Made by a program: the position numbers and the translations under genes. From contig OZ024752.1 in NCBI GenBank assembly GCA_964016885.1, forward strand, positions 16,058,001 through 16,122,000: DNA of 64,000 nt, given 5' to 3'. Source of the DNA: Eledone cirrhosa (lineage: Eukaryota). Below, one piece after another: positions 42,936 through 58,011 of the stretch; position 1 is the stretch's first letter; every line of letters begins with the position of its first letter. The notes beneath the pieces are model-generated. The model made no database searches, was not told the origin of the DNA, and saw nothing but the letters and a program-made list of their open reading frames with translations.

Positions 42936-43811
42936 ATATATATGTATAAATACATATATATATATATGTGTGTCTGTGTGTGTGTGTGTGCGCGTGTGTC
43001 TGTTTAAGAAGTGAGACCACGTCGAAGCAAGAGTCAGATGAGCAAACGAGTGCAATATTTATTTCTTCGTTTGCAGTTGGTTAAAATGTTTAATTTGAAA
43101 CATGTCTAAGTCTTTTTAAACTCTTCTATATATTTAATTTCAAGAAGAAAAATTGGTTTTCCCTATGACATTGGATAAAATACTTTCGGTATCCAAACAC
43201 TCATTAAACTAGATTTTCTCAACAAATTATACATTAGAAAAGCGGGTATATTTTTTGAAATGTCTTTTTCCATTTAGGATATTTCTATACGAGTTATTTT
43301 TTTAACTACATCAATGTCTTTGGCTCCAGCAATGCGTGCAAACTACTCCCATACACTTTAATTAATGGTTAATCTTTTTTCTTACTTATATTAAATGTAT
43401 TACAACTGATTTTCAATATTTCGTCTGTTTAACCCTTTCATTACTATGTATATAATGATATACACTGCATATGATTTTCAAATAATTGCTTAAATAATGA
43501 GGAACTTAATGAGATTCAGGCATATAGCTAACTTATTAAGCTGGTCTTTGGAACATGTCTTAAGAAGGTTTCGTAATAAAATTTGCGGGGATGGGCAGAC
43601 AAATATCGACACTTTAGATTAAACAAAAATTGCAGGACGAGGGCAGTTTTAGTTTGTTTGGTATCACAGTGTTTAAAGCTTCGACGTTTTTCTTTCTTAA
43701 GGCGCGGAATCATATTTCATTATTGTGAATGGATATTCCGTAATGTTTGGAGTGATGGTATATATATCGTGCAGTTGGAATATACTGATTAGTTTTATTA
43801 ATAGTAGTATC

Positions 43812-44030
43812 AGGGTGGTGGATTGGCAGTGTCAGTAGAGCGTTGGACACCCGCTTCGCGATATCGAGTTTATGGCCGTTTATGTCCTGAGTTCAAATCC
43901 CGCCGAGGTTAGTTTTGCCTTTCATCCTTACAGGGTCGATAAAGTAAAGTACCAGTAACTCACTGGGGTCGATTACATCGACTTTCCTCACCCCACAATT
44001 GCTGGCCTTGTGTCTAAATCAGAAACCATT
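43812..44030 (+). mobile_element. tRNA-derived SINE (older subfamily)
   Basis: Same head and central domain with extra GGGGTCGATTACATCGACT segment; similar copy at ~62230-62450. Confidence 0.8.
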
Positions 44031-45161
44031 ATTGATAGTAGTATAGTTTTTTAGATAGATTTTCACATTCACCACTGTCGGGCCTGCATGTGAAATTGTA
44101 AACTAATACTTCGTCAGCATTGAATCTCTTACACAAATACATCTGTGGTGGTGGTGCTGGTGGTGGTGGTGAAGTGACAGATTTATTAGAAAGGCAGATG
44201 AAATGGTTTACAGTATCACCTAGGCTTCCTGCGCTCAGTGTTCACATCCCACCGAGATCAAATTTTCCTTTCATCTTTTCAAGGTTAATAAATAAAATAC
44301 CAGTTCAATACATTTTTGGCTCTCCATCTCTTTCTTTTTCTCTCTCACTCTCCCTTTCTCTCCATCTCCCTATTTATCTGGAACAAGTCGACTGTTTTCC
44401 AAACTGGAGAGTAACGAGCTCCGCCATGTTTAACGGCCAAAGACGTTTACTCTCTTGCAAGCATTCAAGTCAAGTTTTCGGTTGGAAGATACCTTCTAAC
44501 CCTTCTGACAGGGAAACCATGAAAAAGGTTATTGTATACTGCCCTTTCGTCCCTAACTAAATAGTAAAAAATAATTTCGTCATATATATTGTATATATGT
44601 AGTTATTATAGATTTTTGGCGGTGGTACCATATAATGACGTTCCCAAATTTATTCGCTTTAAAATGAAAATATTTTGAACAAATCTATATTAGGAATGTT
44701 TTAATTTTGAAATATGTTGTATACTTGAGTATTTTAATGTTTAGTGTCTCTTTATTGGTGTCTCAACATTTCCATTTGTATCATACCATGATTGTCTCTC
44801 ACAGTGTGCAAATATAAGTTTTATTCATTGCAATATCATTTACTGAATTAAATACTTTCGTTGAATTAAACAGCGTTGGAATACCGTCTATAATGAAGGT
44901 GACAAGCAATGCAGCATTTAAAATTTCTATTAGTCACTGTTGTACATAGACAGCCGCTTGTTCAAATATCTGATGCTTTTATACATAACCAACACAGAAT
45001 GTGAATATTAGTGCTTAACAAAATAGAAATCATTATACTTATAAACATCATAGTCAATAAAGATTTCCAGCAAAATACACCTCTATGAATATATGTAATT
45101 CTACAGATCTGTATATATGTGTATATATATATAATACATATATATTATATATATATGTGTC

Positions 45162-45202
<41 letters not shown>

Positions 45203-45275
45203 GTGTGTGTTTATGTGTATATATTTTATGTGTATATATTATGTGTATATATTTTATGTGTATATGTTTTATGTA

Positions 45276-45313
<38 letters not shown>

Positions 45314-45392
45314 TATACATATATATTATATATACTACATATATATTATATATATACTACATATATATATATATAATGTATATATATATATA

Positions 45393-45473
<81 letters not shown>

Positions 45474-45475
<2 letters not shown>

Positions 45476-46139
45476 AATTTTAAATTAAATTAAGGGTGTC
45501 ATGTCAGAGAGACATGCGCCATATCCACCATAAAATATGCTCCAAGATTCCAATGAATAGATCCGAGCATTTTATATCAACTAGAAATTGATTGACATAT
45601 ATATATATCTAAAATAAACATATGAAACAATCACAGGGGTTAAAGGTGTGTAAGCACATACAGCTATGTGGGTAACTAATTAAAGTTTAACTAGAACTTT
45701 TAAAATAGTTACCTTATAAGTTGATTAATCTTCCTTGTATATATTTCATTAAAGAAATATATTTCACCAATTAATCGAATGGTAAACGACAGTAGCCAAA
45801 TCCTGGTTTTCAACAAGGAAGAAGACTTAACTATCTGTGTTTACACATCAAATTCAGATATGTGACTAACTATTAGCACGTGTTGCATTTAATAAATACA
45901 CACATCGCGCCAGCTTCGTCCCAGTGTCGTGAATAGGGTTAAGGACAACTAGAAATAGCAGTCAAGTCCATTCAACTGAGTTAGCTCTACAATTAAGGGG
46001 CCGTATTTATATATATATCCAAAATTTAAATTAAATTAAGGGTGTCGTGTCAGAGAGACATGCGCCATATCCACTGTAAAATATGCTCCAAGATTCCAAT
46101 GAATAGATCAGAGCATTTTATATCAACTAGAAATTGATT

Positions 46140-46206
<67 letters not shown>

Positions 46207-46428
46207 AACATATGAAACAATCATATTAATTGATAAAATATATTTCTTTAATGAAATATATACAAGGAAGATTAATCAATTCATAAGGTAACTATTTTTG
46301 AAGTTCTAGTTAAACTTTAATTAGTTACCCACATAGCTGTGTGTGCTTACACACTTTTACAGAATAGCCCCTGTGATTGTTTCATATGTTTATTTTAGAT
46401 ATATATATATGTCAATCAATTTCTAGAT
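45474..46428. mobile_element. partial-tandem (~545-nt unit) plus inverted arm, related to 41878-42935
   Basis: TTAAATTAAATTAAGGGTGTC at ~45480 and ~46026; 46225-46428 inverted; shared CTAGAAATA(G/A)CAGTC motif. Confidence 0.7.
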
Positions 46429-47064
46429 GATATATATATATATATCAAAAAAAGGGAAAAATATATATTTTTCTTCCTAATAATCGTCTCTTTCTCCCTG
46501 TTTTCATATACATATATATATTCATTAGTTAAGCAAAGCAGGACCACACATTTCACAAGGAAGATATTATTAAAAGATTGTCAACATATTTTGGTTTCAT
46601 GTAAGGAATGTAGAGAATAATAATAATAATAATATTAATAATAATTGTTTCTAGTTTTGGCACAAGATGTCCGTTTACAATTGTTTCTCTACTCCATATA
46701 ATATTTCAGGATCAGATGACTATATATCATAATTGATCTGGTTCAGTAAAGACAATCTCTCCTCTCATATCTCCTCTCCTATCTCCATCTCTCTCTTTAA
46801 GATTGGTTACTCTTGAACTGTGTATATATATATATATATAATGTATATATATATATATTATATGTATATAGGAAAATGTATGATCCCGACGGCAGAGCTC
46901 AAGCCGTTTCGACGGCTATTTCTGGACCGTCTAGAAATAGCCGTCGAAATGGCTTGAGCTCTGCCTTCGGGATCATACGTTTTCCTATTACACACTCTAC
47001 TACCCTAACTATTGAGTACTCTGGTGCGTTATGGTACATCTGGCTCCTTACCACAGCTCCTTCG

Positions 47065-47065
<1 letters not shown>

Positions 47066-47151
<86 letters not shown>

Positions 47152-47472
47152 TATATATTATATATATATATATATAATATATATATATATACATTATATA
47201 TATATATATATACATTATATATATATATATATATATAATGTATATATATATATATATTATATATATATATATATATAATGTATATATATATATATATTAT
47301 ATATATATATAATGTATATATATAATGTATATATATATATATTATATATATATATATAATGTATATATATAATGCATATATATATATATTATATATATAT
47401 AAATATAATGTATATATATATTATATATATTATATATATACAAATATAATGTATATATATATTATATATATA

Positions 47473-47506
<34 letters not shown>

Positions 47507-47517
47507 TATATAACATA

Positions 47518-47570
<53 letters not shown>
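47066..47570. repeat. long degenerate (TA)n microsatellite
   Basis: Direct reading. Confidence 0.95.
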
Positions 47571-47572
<2 letters not shown>

Positions 47573-47826
47573 AAAGGTATATATTGAGTTAGGAACTCAA
47601 AATAGTCTCTTACAATAAAATAGCTCTAAGAAAGAGATATTTCTGAGCCGTATATTATAATTAAGTATAAAAGAAAAACGAACATAGATCCATACATATA
47701 TGTGTTCAAATCGCAAGGGACCAGATTCGCTAAGGTGAAAAGAATACTAACTATAGACACTAGGGTTTGCCTGTCTTAAGAAAACATCAAGAAAATAAAT
47801 GCAAACCGCAATTGTGGTAACTACCA

Positions 47827-47906
47827 ATCACCCAGACAGCTCTTGGTGCTGTTTCGCAATATTAATTGTGAATAGAAATACCAATTCTTGCTGATCAGTG
47901 GATGAT
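47827..47906 (-). ncRNA. full three-stem hammerhead motif with G8C substitution
   Basis: ATCATCCA-CTGATCA-GCAA...TTGC-GAAA-CAGC(ACCAAGA)GCTG-TC-TGGGTGAT. Confidence 0.75.
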
Positions 47907-49133
47907 GAATTAGCATCCTACACACTTCTAAGTATATTAAGGCACTGAATAGTGTGGTACATATAATAACGCACATGGTATCTTAGCGTGTCTCACAAAC
48001 TTACACCACTAAAAGTAGCAGCCAGGTTTATTCGACATTTGAAATAGCTCAACAAATTAACGGAGCCGAATATATCAAAGGTTTATATATATATATAATC
48101 AAGGTTTAGCAAATAGAGAAAAAGTTTTAAAACAAATTTTTAAAAGTTTACTGTACCTACTATATTTACCCTTACCGCGCGGTTTCAAGTCTCAAAATAA
48201 ATGGATAATCCATGCGGAACTTCATTGAAAAGAAGACTTTCGTCAGAGGGTTCTTCTCACTCGGAAAATATAAAATTCCGTAGTTCCAATCACGAACTGG
48301 CGCCATACATAACTGCTCCCGGATGAGAGTGTATGATAAGGAACAATCTTGTCTAGTGCCGTGTGTAAAGATAGAAAGCAGGGGCGGAAAGGTCAATGTA
48401 TTGCCACTAGAAATAGCAGCAGTAAAACGACCAAAATGTTATCTCGACTTTAGGGGAGATTAATAATAATAAAGTATGTTTTCCTACGTGCAAAAAAATG
48501 CATATAGGGACACATGTATTATCCAACCGTATGCCAATGTGGTTCTATGGTAGGTTAATAAATTTACGAGCCAGAACATATATAATTAAGGATTAGCAAA
48601 TAGAATATATATATATATATATATAAGGATAACAAAATATCGTTAAAGGTAATCCAGTTAGAGGTTGTTAATACTCCGCATTATGGATAGTTTTAGCGTA
48701 CGGCGTTGTTTGACTCAACAAGAGGTTTACGTAGGTGGCGAGTTTATGAGTTCTCTTGAATTCCTATGTAAGTTTATCTTGGAGTAATAATATTGAAAGA
48801 GTGAAGAATAACATGGTCAACAGTACAATAAAGGTTTTTATTTACAGTATTAACAATTGTTTCACTGATTAAGTTGTCTAAAAATTGCTGAACACTTGAA
48901 GCTGTGCCACTCAATTTTAAATACGATGTTAGCTTAACCAGATCAACAGAAGGACTGTTGAAAATATATGCTCAGCGTTTACGAATTCAAATTAGAACAT
49001 CATTAATAAGTGAAACAATTGTTAATACTGTAAATAAAACCGTGTTTTGTACTGTTGAACATGTTATGCTTCACTCTTTCAATATAAATATTTATATATT
49101 TATATATATATATAACATATACTATATATATAT

Positions 49134-49238
<105 letters not shown>

Positions 49239-49719
49239 TATATATAGAATTGGTTATAGAAGTGGTTACACAACAGTTAGTTCACCATATACAGTGAAGA
49301 ATTGTTTCACCCTAGCGGATGCTCAGCTTGTAATTGACATGGTTATACAGAACGGGAAGGACAACCGTACGAACGCGCATGCGCAGAGACGGTCACTTCA
49401 CCCAGGCAATACTAACTTGCGTGCGAGAGGTGTAAAGCAGATAACTGCGAAAGTACGAAAGTTTCTAGTTGATCAGAAAATTAGGATGTTGTTGAAATTC
49501 AATCCGGTGCTTTGTAGTTATTTAAGATGTGTTTCCAGACATGTTGCCAACGTGTGAAGAATTCATTTAGTTTTGGCAATCACTATTGCCTAATCTCTTT
49601 AGAATATTTATTCGTTCATCAATACATAGTCCACACGACGCATTGCCACTTGCGTATGGCTTGGAGTTAGTGATGGCTTTCTATTGAATGGAGTAGTCTA
49701 TACTTGAGTTCTTGATGAA

Positions 49720-49738
49720 GATATATACTATATATATG

Positions 49739-49835
<97 letters not shown>

Positions 49836-49871
49836 GTATTATATATATATATATATATATAATATATATAC

Positions 49872-49905
<34 letters not shown>

Positions 49906-50480
49906 AGATATATACTATATATATATGTATATATATATACATATATATATATAATATACTATATATGTATATATATATATACATTATATATATATATGTA
50001 TATATATACTATACATATATGTATGTATATAAGATATACACTATATATATGTATATATATATATATGTATATATACTGTATATATATATATGTATATATA
50101 TATATATAAGATATACACTATGTATATATGTATATATATGTGTGTAATATATACAATATATATATATATAAATAATATATACTATATATATATATGTATA
50201 TATATACATATATATATATATATATAATATACTATATATAAATATATATATATATATAATATATATACATAATATATATATAATATATATAATATATATG
50301 TGTATATACTGTATATGTATATATATATATATATATATAATATATGCTATACATATATATAATATATACTATATATATATATAATATATACTATATATAT
50401 ATATATAATATATACAATATATATATATATATATATATATAATATACTATATATATATAGTATATATTATATATAATATA
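49720..50480. repeat. compound (TA)n/(TG)n low-complexity tract
   Basis: Direct reading. Confidence 0.95.
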
Positions 50481-51943
50481 TGGGCGACCAGCTCGAGGCA
50501 CGATCGATACGGTGAGCAAACCTGACTCTGAAATCGCGCGGTCCACGGATACGTCTCGATTCTACGAAGCAGATTTTCCTAAGATTAGGAAAATCTGCTT
50601 CGTAGTATATATATATCTATCTATCTATATATATATATATTAGCATATATATATTATATGTATATTTATATATATGCATATACATATGTATATATATATA
50701 TGTATATATATATATAGAATTACAAATAGAATTACAATTTAGCCTGAGGCATAGTTGTATACAGATATGTATTGGAACTTCGTATTTCAGAAGAAATACG
50801 CTATGTTTAAAATAAACATTTGGAGAGCCGTAGCTATGCCAAAACACCAGCCACTAACGCCGTCGGGCGGTGTCCAGCAGAAGCAAAGGGGACAATCGTG
50901 GAATCGCATTTTGAACTGATCTGGTTCTCGTATGATGGCTGCAAACCTGTTAAGAGTACTGCAATCGCTTGTCAGGTTATAGAATGTGTTGCACTTTTAG
51001 GCTAGGGCCAGCCACACAAACTTGTAACAGACCCTGAACAAGCAATGCATGCGGTTTAAAGGTTTTTTAAGTGGCCTTGCACTCGACCAATCCCACTCTC
51101 TGAGCACCGAAAACACTGCCCGAAATGGAGAACTAGTCAACATCATCGGATGCTTCCGAAGCAGCAGGTTTTTTTTCAGAATTTCCCTCACTTAGAAAGG
51201 TGTTGTGACAGCAACAGTGGACCATTCACTCCCAGGTTAAAAAAAAAAAGTACTATTTGGATGGCCGTTGACTAAGCCGAGTTTCTCCGCCCTTTGCCTG
51301 GTCTTGTATTTCAGCCCACAGTGTCTAAATATCATCCTCTTCACCAAGCAAGCTTGGTGGGGTTGCCGGTTTAGTCTTCGACGACCGGATCATGCGTGAG
51401 GTTGTACTGGGTTACATGTTAGCAGTAGCACTCGAGAGTGATCTGAAACGCATACATACATACATACATACATACATACATACATACATACATACATACA
51501 TGTATACATATAGGTAATAAATTGTTGTAGTTTACTTGAAGCATTGTATATAATATATAATGTGGAATGTGATATGTGTAATAAGGCCAAACAAAGCAAA
51601 ATAGACGGTAAGATGAAGGGAACGAAATAGTTAGTTACCTGGTGATCTTTGTGTTTTTGTTGTTGTTGTTGTTGTTGTTTTGTTGTTGTTTTTTGTTTGT
51701 TTGTTTGTTTTTTGTTTCTTTCGTCCTAATTTTTCAGACTTAAAATTCCCTCCTCTGAATATAAAGAACTCTCAAAGGAAAAAGGAAAATATTCTGTTCT
51801 CTTCTCTTTAGATTTCAGCTGAGACTGTTTGCCTTGAATTCAAAAATACAGATATCAGGTTTGTTAGTGTTTATTAACCATCCGGTGTGTTAATACTATG
51901 TCACATAATCATTGACATTTTACTCACAAGCGCATACAATCAG

Positions 51944-52511
<568 letters not shown>

Positions 52512-52573
52512 CGTGTATGTGTGGTTATGTGCGTCGTGTGTTTGTGCGTGTAGGGTGTATACTACAATCAGAC

Positions 52574-52689
<116 letters not shown>

Positions 52690-52901
52690 GGGATAACAAG
52701 TTATCGTCATAGGCAGTCCACTTAGATGTAGTCCAGTTAGAGTACTCCGTGTAACGTATGGCTTAGTTTGACTTAACAAAACGTTTCCATAGTGATGCTG
52801 CGAGTTCATGGTGATTTCTATGTAGGTTGTACTTGGATTAATAATAATTCAAGAAAGAAGAGTAACATGGTTTTCTATACAATAAGGACTTTAACCACAG
52901 T

Positions 52902-53033
52902 GCTGACAATTGTTTCTTTGATCTGGTAGGTCTAGAGTTCGCTAATCGCTTAATGTTGCGTCAATCGATCTCCAATATTTTGTTTATAACCAGTCTCCAA
53001 TACTTTGTTTATAACCAGTCGTTTCATCAGAGC
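52902..53033 (-). ncRNA. hammerhead motif with ~105-nt stem II region
   Basis: GCT-CTGATGA-[long insert]-GAAA-CAATTG-TC-AGC; GAAA-CAATTG half also at ~27470-27490, ~48850-48865 and ~49012-49030. Confidence 0.6.
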
Positions 53034-53139
53034 GTGCGGAAGTGAGGAAAATACTCAAGGCATATATAGAGAGGGGGCGTGTGCGTGTGTGTGGTTGTGC
53101 GTTTGTCTGTGTGTGTGTTGCATGGTAATAAAACATGGA

Positions 53140-53480
53140 CAGAGAGAAATTAGGCAGGCATGTTTCGATGGATATACATTGTGTGTGAGAACGACAGAGC
53201 ATGTATGATCTGAGAGTGAAACTGGTTATAAGCGGAATCAGATGTAGTGTGCTAAAGAAAATATTGCGTTCATGTGGACATTTGATATACATGGATGATA
53301 AATGCTGGATGAAGAAATACAGAGTAATCCTACTAGAAGGAAGCTGCAGTAGAGGAAGACCAAGGAAGATCTTGATTGAAGTGGTGAGAGGTGATCTCAA
53401 GTCGCTGAAGTCAAAGATGAGATGACAAAGGAATGTCTCAAGCTGAAATATGCTGTGCTGAGAATGACCCATCCAACCTA
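53140..53480 (+). pseudogene. RTE-clade LINE 3' end fragment
   Basis: LRSCGHLIYMD..EGSCSRGRPRKILIEVVRGDL resembles the RTE C-terminal LRWFGH..GxRxRGRPRKxW motif. Confidence 0.75.
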
Positions 53481-53523
53481 TGGAAGCGAGGAACAACGGG
53501 CGTAAAATGAGGAATATGATGAT

Positions 53524-53595
<72 letters not shown>

Positions 53596-53624
53596 AAATG
53601 TGTGCAATCCTTGGTACAGTTAGG

Positions 53625-53808
53625 TATATTAAGACAGGGGGGAAGAAAAAATGGCTTCACTTGTGCTTTCAACAAATTTATTTTCTTCACAAAATCCCAA
53701 AAGAATTTTTTTTCTAATCCGGAAAAAAATTCTTTTTGGATTTTGTGAAGAAAATAAATTTGTTGAAAGCACAAATGAAGCCATTTTTTCTTCCCCCCTG
53801 TCTTAATA

Positions 53809-53810
<2 letters not shown>
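53625..53810. repeat. ~90-bp-arm palindrome between (TA)n tracts
   Basis: Arms are reverse complements around ~53717 with 2-3 mismatches. Confidence 0.85.
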
Positions 53811-53883
<73 letters not shown>

Positions 53884-53902
53884 ATATATGTATGATGTAT
53901 GC

Positions 53903-53935
<33 letters not shown>

Positions 53936-54420
53936 CGGTCATTTATTAGTAAGAAATAAAGAACCAATGTCAGTCCTTTCTGTCTATTGTCTCCGTATTG
54001 TAATTCTTTGTTTTCACGTAGTTTTCGCAGTGTTGTTTTATTAGATTTATTTCTCATATCATAGAGACTTACAATCATAATGTCGTATGTTCGATCTTGG
54101 GTTGTGTGTTGTGTTCTTGTGCAAAACATTTCATTTCCCGTTGCTACAGTATACTCAACTGAAAATTAATACCAGCAATAGCTGGAGGTTTAACCCTGCG
54201 ATGAATTGCCGTCCTGTACGGGGCGTGGGTTTTGTACTCTCAGTCGCTTCACGCCATGAAACCGGTATAAGCACCGGCCAAATGAGTATTCTGGCTTAAG
54301 ACAGACTTTAGACTTTATACATGTATGTGTGTGTGTATATATATATAAACGTTAAACAGAAATAACAACACAGTATGGAAGGAATATATATTTTTAACGC
54401 TTGAAATAGCAGAAAGAGGG

Positions 54421-54456
54421 TCTTAACGTTTCTGACGCTAGTCCTTCTTCAGAAGA
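54421..54456 (-). ncRNA. ultra-minimal type I hammerhead motif
   Basis: TCTT-CTGAAGA-AG-GAC(TAGC)GTC-A-GAAA-CG-TT-AAGA; palindrome AACGTT. Confidence 0.75.
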
Positions 54457-54674
54457 AAGAATGAGAAATTAGAAAGATTGAAGGGACAGGCGGAATCGTA
54501 AAAAAAGATTTTAAAGAAAAATAGCAGGTCCATTGATGTTGCCATCTCTTGGAAAACTGTTGATGCTGGCGTTTTGTGTATGATATCCTTTTTTTAGAAA
54601 AGTGGATGATGGGGCGCGTCTATCTGAAATGGAAAAAAACATTTTGTTTATAGAGCTATACTTGTGCGCACTTC

Positions 54675-55230
54675 TCCGACAAATTAGAGAAGCGACAAAC
54701 ATAAACGAACTCCAACCAAAATAAACAGAAAATATGAGTGGAATAGCATCAACATCACAACTAGTAATTAATGACAAAATCAAGACATACAGAGAGAGAC
54801 ACACAAAAACTAATAAAACAAACCAGACACACACAGCAAATAACTAGCAACCAACTAGTGACAAGTAAATAAACACATAAATCAATAAATAAACACACAC
54901 ATGGATGTAACCCATGCGCAAACCAAGTACAAAGCACACAACGCACAAAAACAAGATGGTGTAGGACAGAAGGAAGGAGAGACATGAAATAAGAAACCAG
55001 TCCATGAGGAGGTCTTAGAATGTGTGACGAAAGGGCTTTGAGAAATAATAAACTAGCATCCGGTTATTGGACCAAGCAACCGTAAATCTATAATATATTG
55101 AAGTTAAAACTAACAGTTGAACGTGTTTTATTGGCAGCATTACCCTCCCAAAGTATAACAATATATGTATAAACACACGTTTTCAGATTAGTAATCTTAC
55201 AAAAGAAATTCGAAAAGAAAATATATATGT
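54675..55230 (+). mobile_element. 5'-truncated copy of the PLE at 14050-15510
   Basis: RQIREATNINELQPK*NRKYEWNS plus homologous 3'UTR and degenerate HHR (~55000-55045). Confidence 0.8.
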
Positions 55231-55280
55231 ATCCATACATATATGTACACACACACACACTTACACACACACTTACACAC

Positions 55281-55342
<62 letters not shown>

Positions 55343-55557
55343 GTGTGTAAGTGTGTGTGTAAGTGTGTGTGTGTGTGTGTACATATATGTATGGATACAT
55401 ATATATTTTGTTTTCGAATTTCTTTTGTAAGATTACTAATCTGAAAACGTGTGTTTATACATATATTGTTATACTTTGGGAGGGTAATGCTGCCAATAAA
55501 ACACGTTCAACTGTTAGTTTTAACTTCAATATATTATAGATTTACGGTTGCTTGGTC

Positions 55558-55563
<6 letters not shown>
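55063..55563. repeat. 500-bp palindrome centred on a (TA)n tract
   Basis: Arms are reverse complements, including (CA)n/(TG)n, with about 1 substitution. Confidence 0.9.
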
Positions 55564-55618
<55 letters not shown>

Positions 55619-55849
55619 AGATCAAAAGATGGTTAAATCAGTTCCATGTATTTTATTATGCGCATTTCAAAAACAAATATCATCATGCAATAACATTTGT
55701 GTTTTCATCAGATAAAATAGGAGGACATGATATGAAGGTTAAAAACACTTGTGGATAGTGCAGTTTTAAATCAACATAAGAAAAGTAGTTTTAGATTGAT
55801 GTGTGATATTTTATCAACATATGAAAAGTAGTTTTAGATTGATGTGTGA

Positions 55850-55920
55850 TATTTTATCTGATGAAAACACAAATGTTATTGCATGATGATATTTGTTTTT
55901 GAAATGCGCATAATAAAATA
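55850..55920 (+). ncRNA. type I minimal hammerhead ribozyme
   Basis: TATTTTAT-CTGATGA-AAACACAAATGTTAT(TGCATG)ATGATATTTGTTTTT-GAAA-TGCGCA-TA-ATAAAATA; inverted copy 55649-55719. Confidence 0.9.
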
Positions 55921-56044
55921 CATGGAACTCATTTAACCATCTTTTGATCTTATATATTATGTATACTCCAGTCCTACAAAACTGTAGAGTGCTTCTTATC
56001 CGATATCTGCATTGCTTTATTGTACTACAATAAAACTCACCTCC

Positions 56045-56130
<86 letters not shown>

Positions 56131-56493
56131 CATACATATATATATGTACATACATATGCATACGTACTTACATACATCCGTATAGAACAGGGAAAAGAAG
56201 GCATGTGTAGTAGTGGAAGTTAGCTGCCCACCAGATACCAATATAATATTAAAGATTATTAAAAATTTATGAAAGACATATATATATATGTGTGTGTGTG
56301 TGTATCAGATTTAATATAGAAATGGTTTATACAGGATTAGAACTGTTTCATTCGAAGGAAATCATCAGGAAAGCTGATGATTTTCTTCGAATGTAACAGG
56401 GCTAGTCTTGTAAAAGCCATTTCTATATTAAATCTTGTTTATACTCTACTATGAATTGATACCTTACGTACTGTGGGTACCCCAGATTGTACC

Positions 56494-56535
<42 letters not shown>

Positions 56536-56573
56536 ACGGCAGGTATATTCATTTTTCCATTACCATTATAAGG

Positions 56574-56658
56574 GGTCTGACGAGCCACTCATTACAGAGT
56601 CGGGTCAGATCGATACAGATCGAACCTTGAGCTGTTCAGTGGTGAAACACACGTGACC
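56574..56658 (+). ncRNA. hammerhead motif with branched stem II
   Basis: GGT-CTGACGA-GCCACT...AGTGGT-GAAA-CACACG-TG-ACC; relative at ~31695-31775 keeps GAAA-CGCACG-TC. Confidence 0.6.
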
Positions 56659-56728
56659 AACCAATAAACGTAATGAAGAAGTAACCAATCGTCCTTGTTA
56701 TTTCATTTCACTCTCTATATATATATAT

Positions 56729-56788
<60 letters not shown>

Positions 56789-56824
56789 ATATATAGATAT
56801 ATATATACCTATATATATATATAT

Positions 56825-56876
<52 letters not shown>

Positions 56877-57092
56877 GAAGGCGTGTGGCTGAGTGGTTAG
56901 AGAATTGGATTCGCAATCGTAGGGTTGTGAGTTCGATTCCTGGACCAGGCGATACGTTATGACCTTGAGCAAGACACTTTATTTCACGTTGCTCCTTCTA
57001 CCTGGAGTTGCGACCGACAGATAGTATTAGCAATTGGAAAGACCAACGGAAACATTGTTCCCTCGGTCCGATTTGACGAAAGTCGATCGTTC

Positions 57093-57139
<47 letters not shown>

Positions 57140-57796
57140 TGTAATAAACAACATAAGGCAATTATTCCATTTACCAGTGGTTTCTTAAAAGCAAAAAATG
57201 TTGCTTTCAATCCTCAGAATGAAAAAATCCTGGTCTGTTTATTGAATTTGGATTTTAAAAACAAAAATGCAATCTATATGAAAGTGAGGCTGGAGAAAAA
57301 AGAAGGAAAGGAAAAATAAAATAAAACCACACATGCAAACACACAAACACACACACAGAAAAGCATACATACACACACATATATATATATATATACATAC
57401 ACTCATACATACACACACACATATACACATATATATGTGTATATAAATACACACATACACATACATATACACATACATACATACGCACATAAATATCAAC
57501 ACATCCATACATACACATACATATATACAACCACACACACACACATATATACACACATATATAAATAGAAATGTATATATATATATATATATACATGCAT
57601 ACACATACACATACATAGCCATACACATTATGTATTACATAACTATTAAGCTCTGTTACCTACATAGAGCACTCTTTTTTCCTGGACTTACTTCATTTAT
57701 ATATATATATATATAGTAATAATAATAAATTTGAAGACTAAAATCGTTAAGGATGAAAGCAGCGATTCTTTGCTTAAACTTTAATCTGTTATTTTA

Positions 57797-57840
<44 letters not shown>

Positions 57841-57841
57841 T

Positions 57842-57901
<60 letters not shown>

Positions 57902-58011
57902 TACATATATATATAATGGTCCCGTAACTCCTGGTAGAGTCGTAGGGACGCTTTATTGACATACGGCATTTCTTGGGCATTTTTTAAGCCCGACAGAGCC
58001 GATCCCTCTCT

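Noticed and set aside
48172-48396. L1/Tx1-like RT fragment (GTRQDCSLS)
   Set aside because: Single short motif, too little to support a call
53741-53785. HHR in palindrome (GTGAAGA...GAAA)
   Set aside because: Core position 3 is G, there is no UH triplet, and stem I does not close
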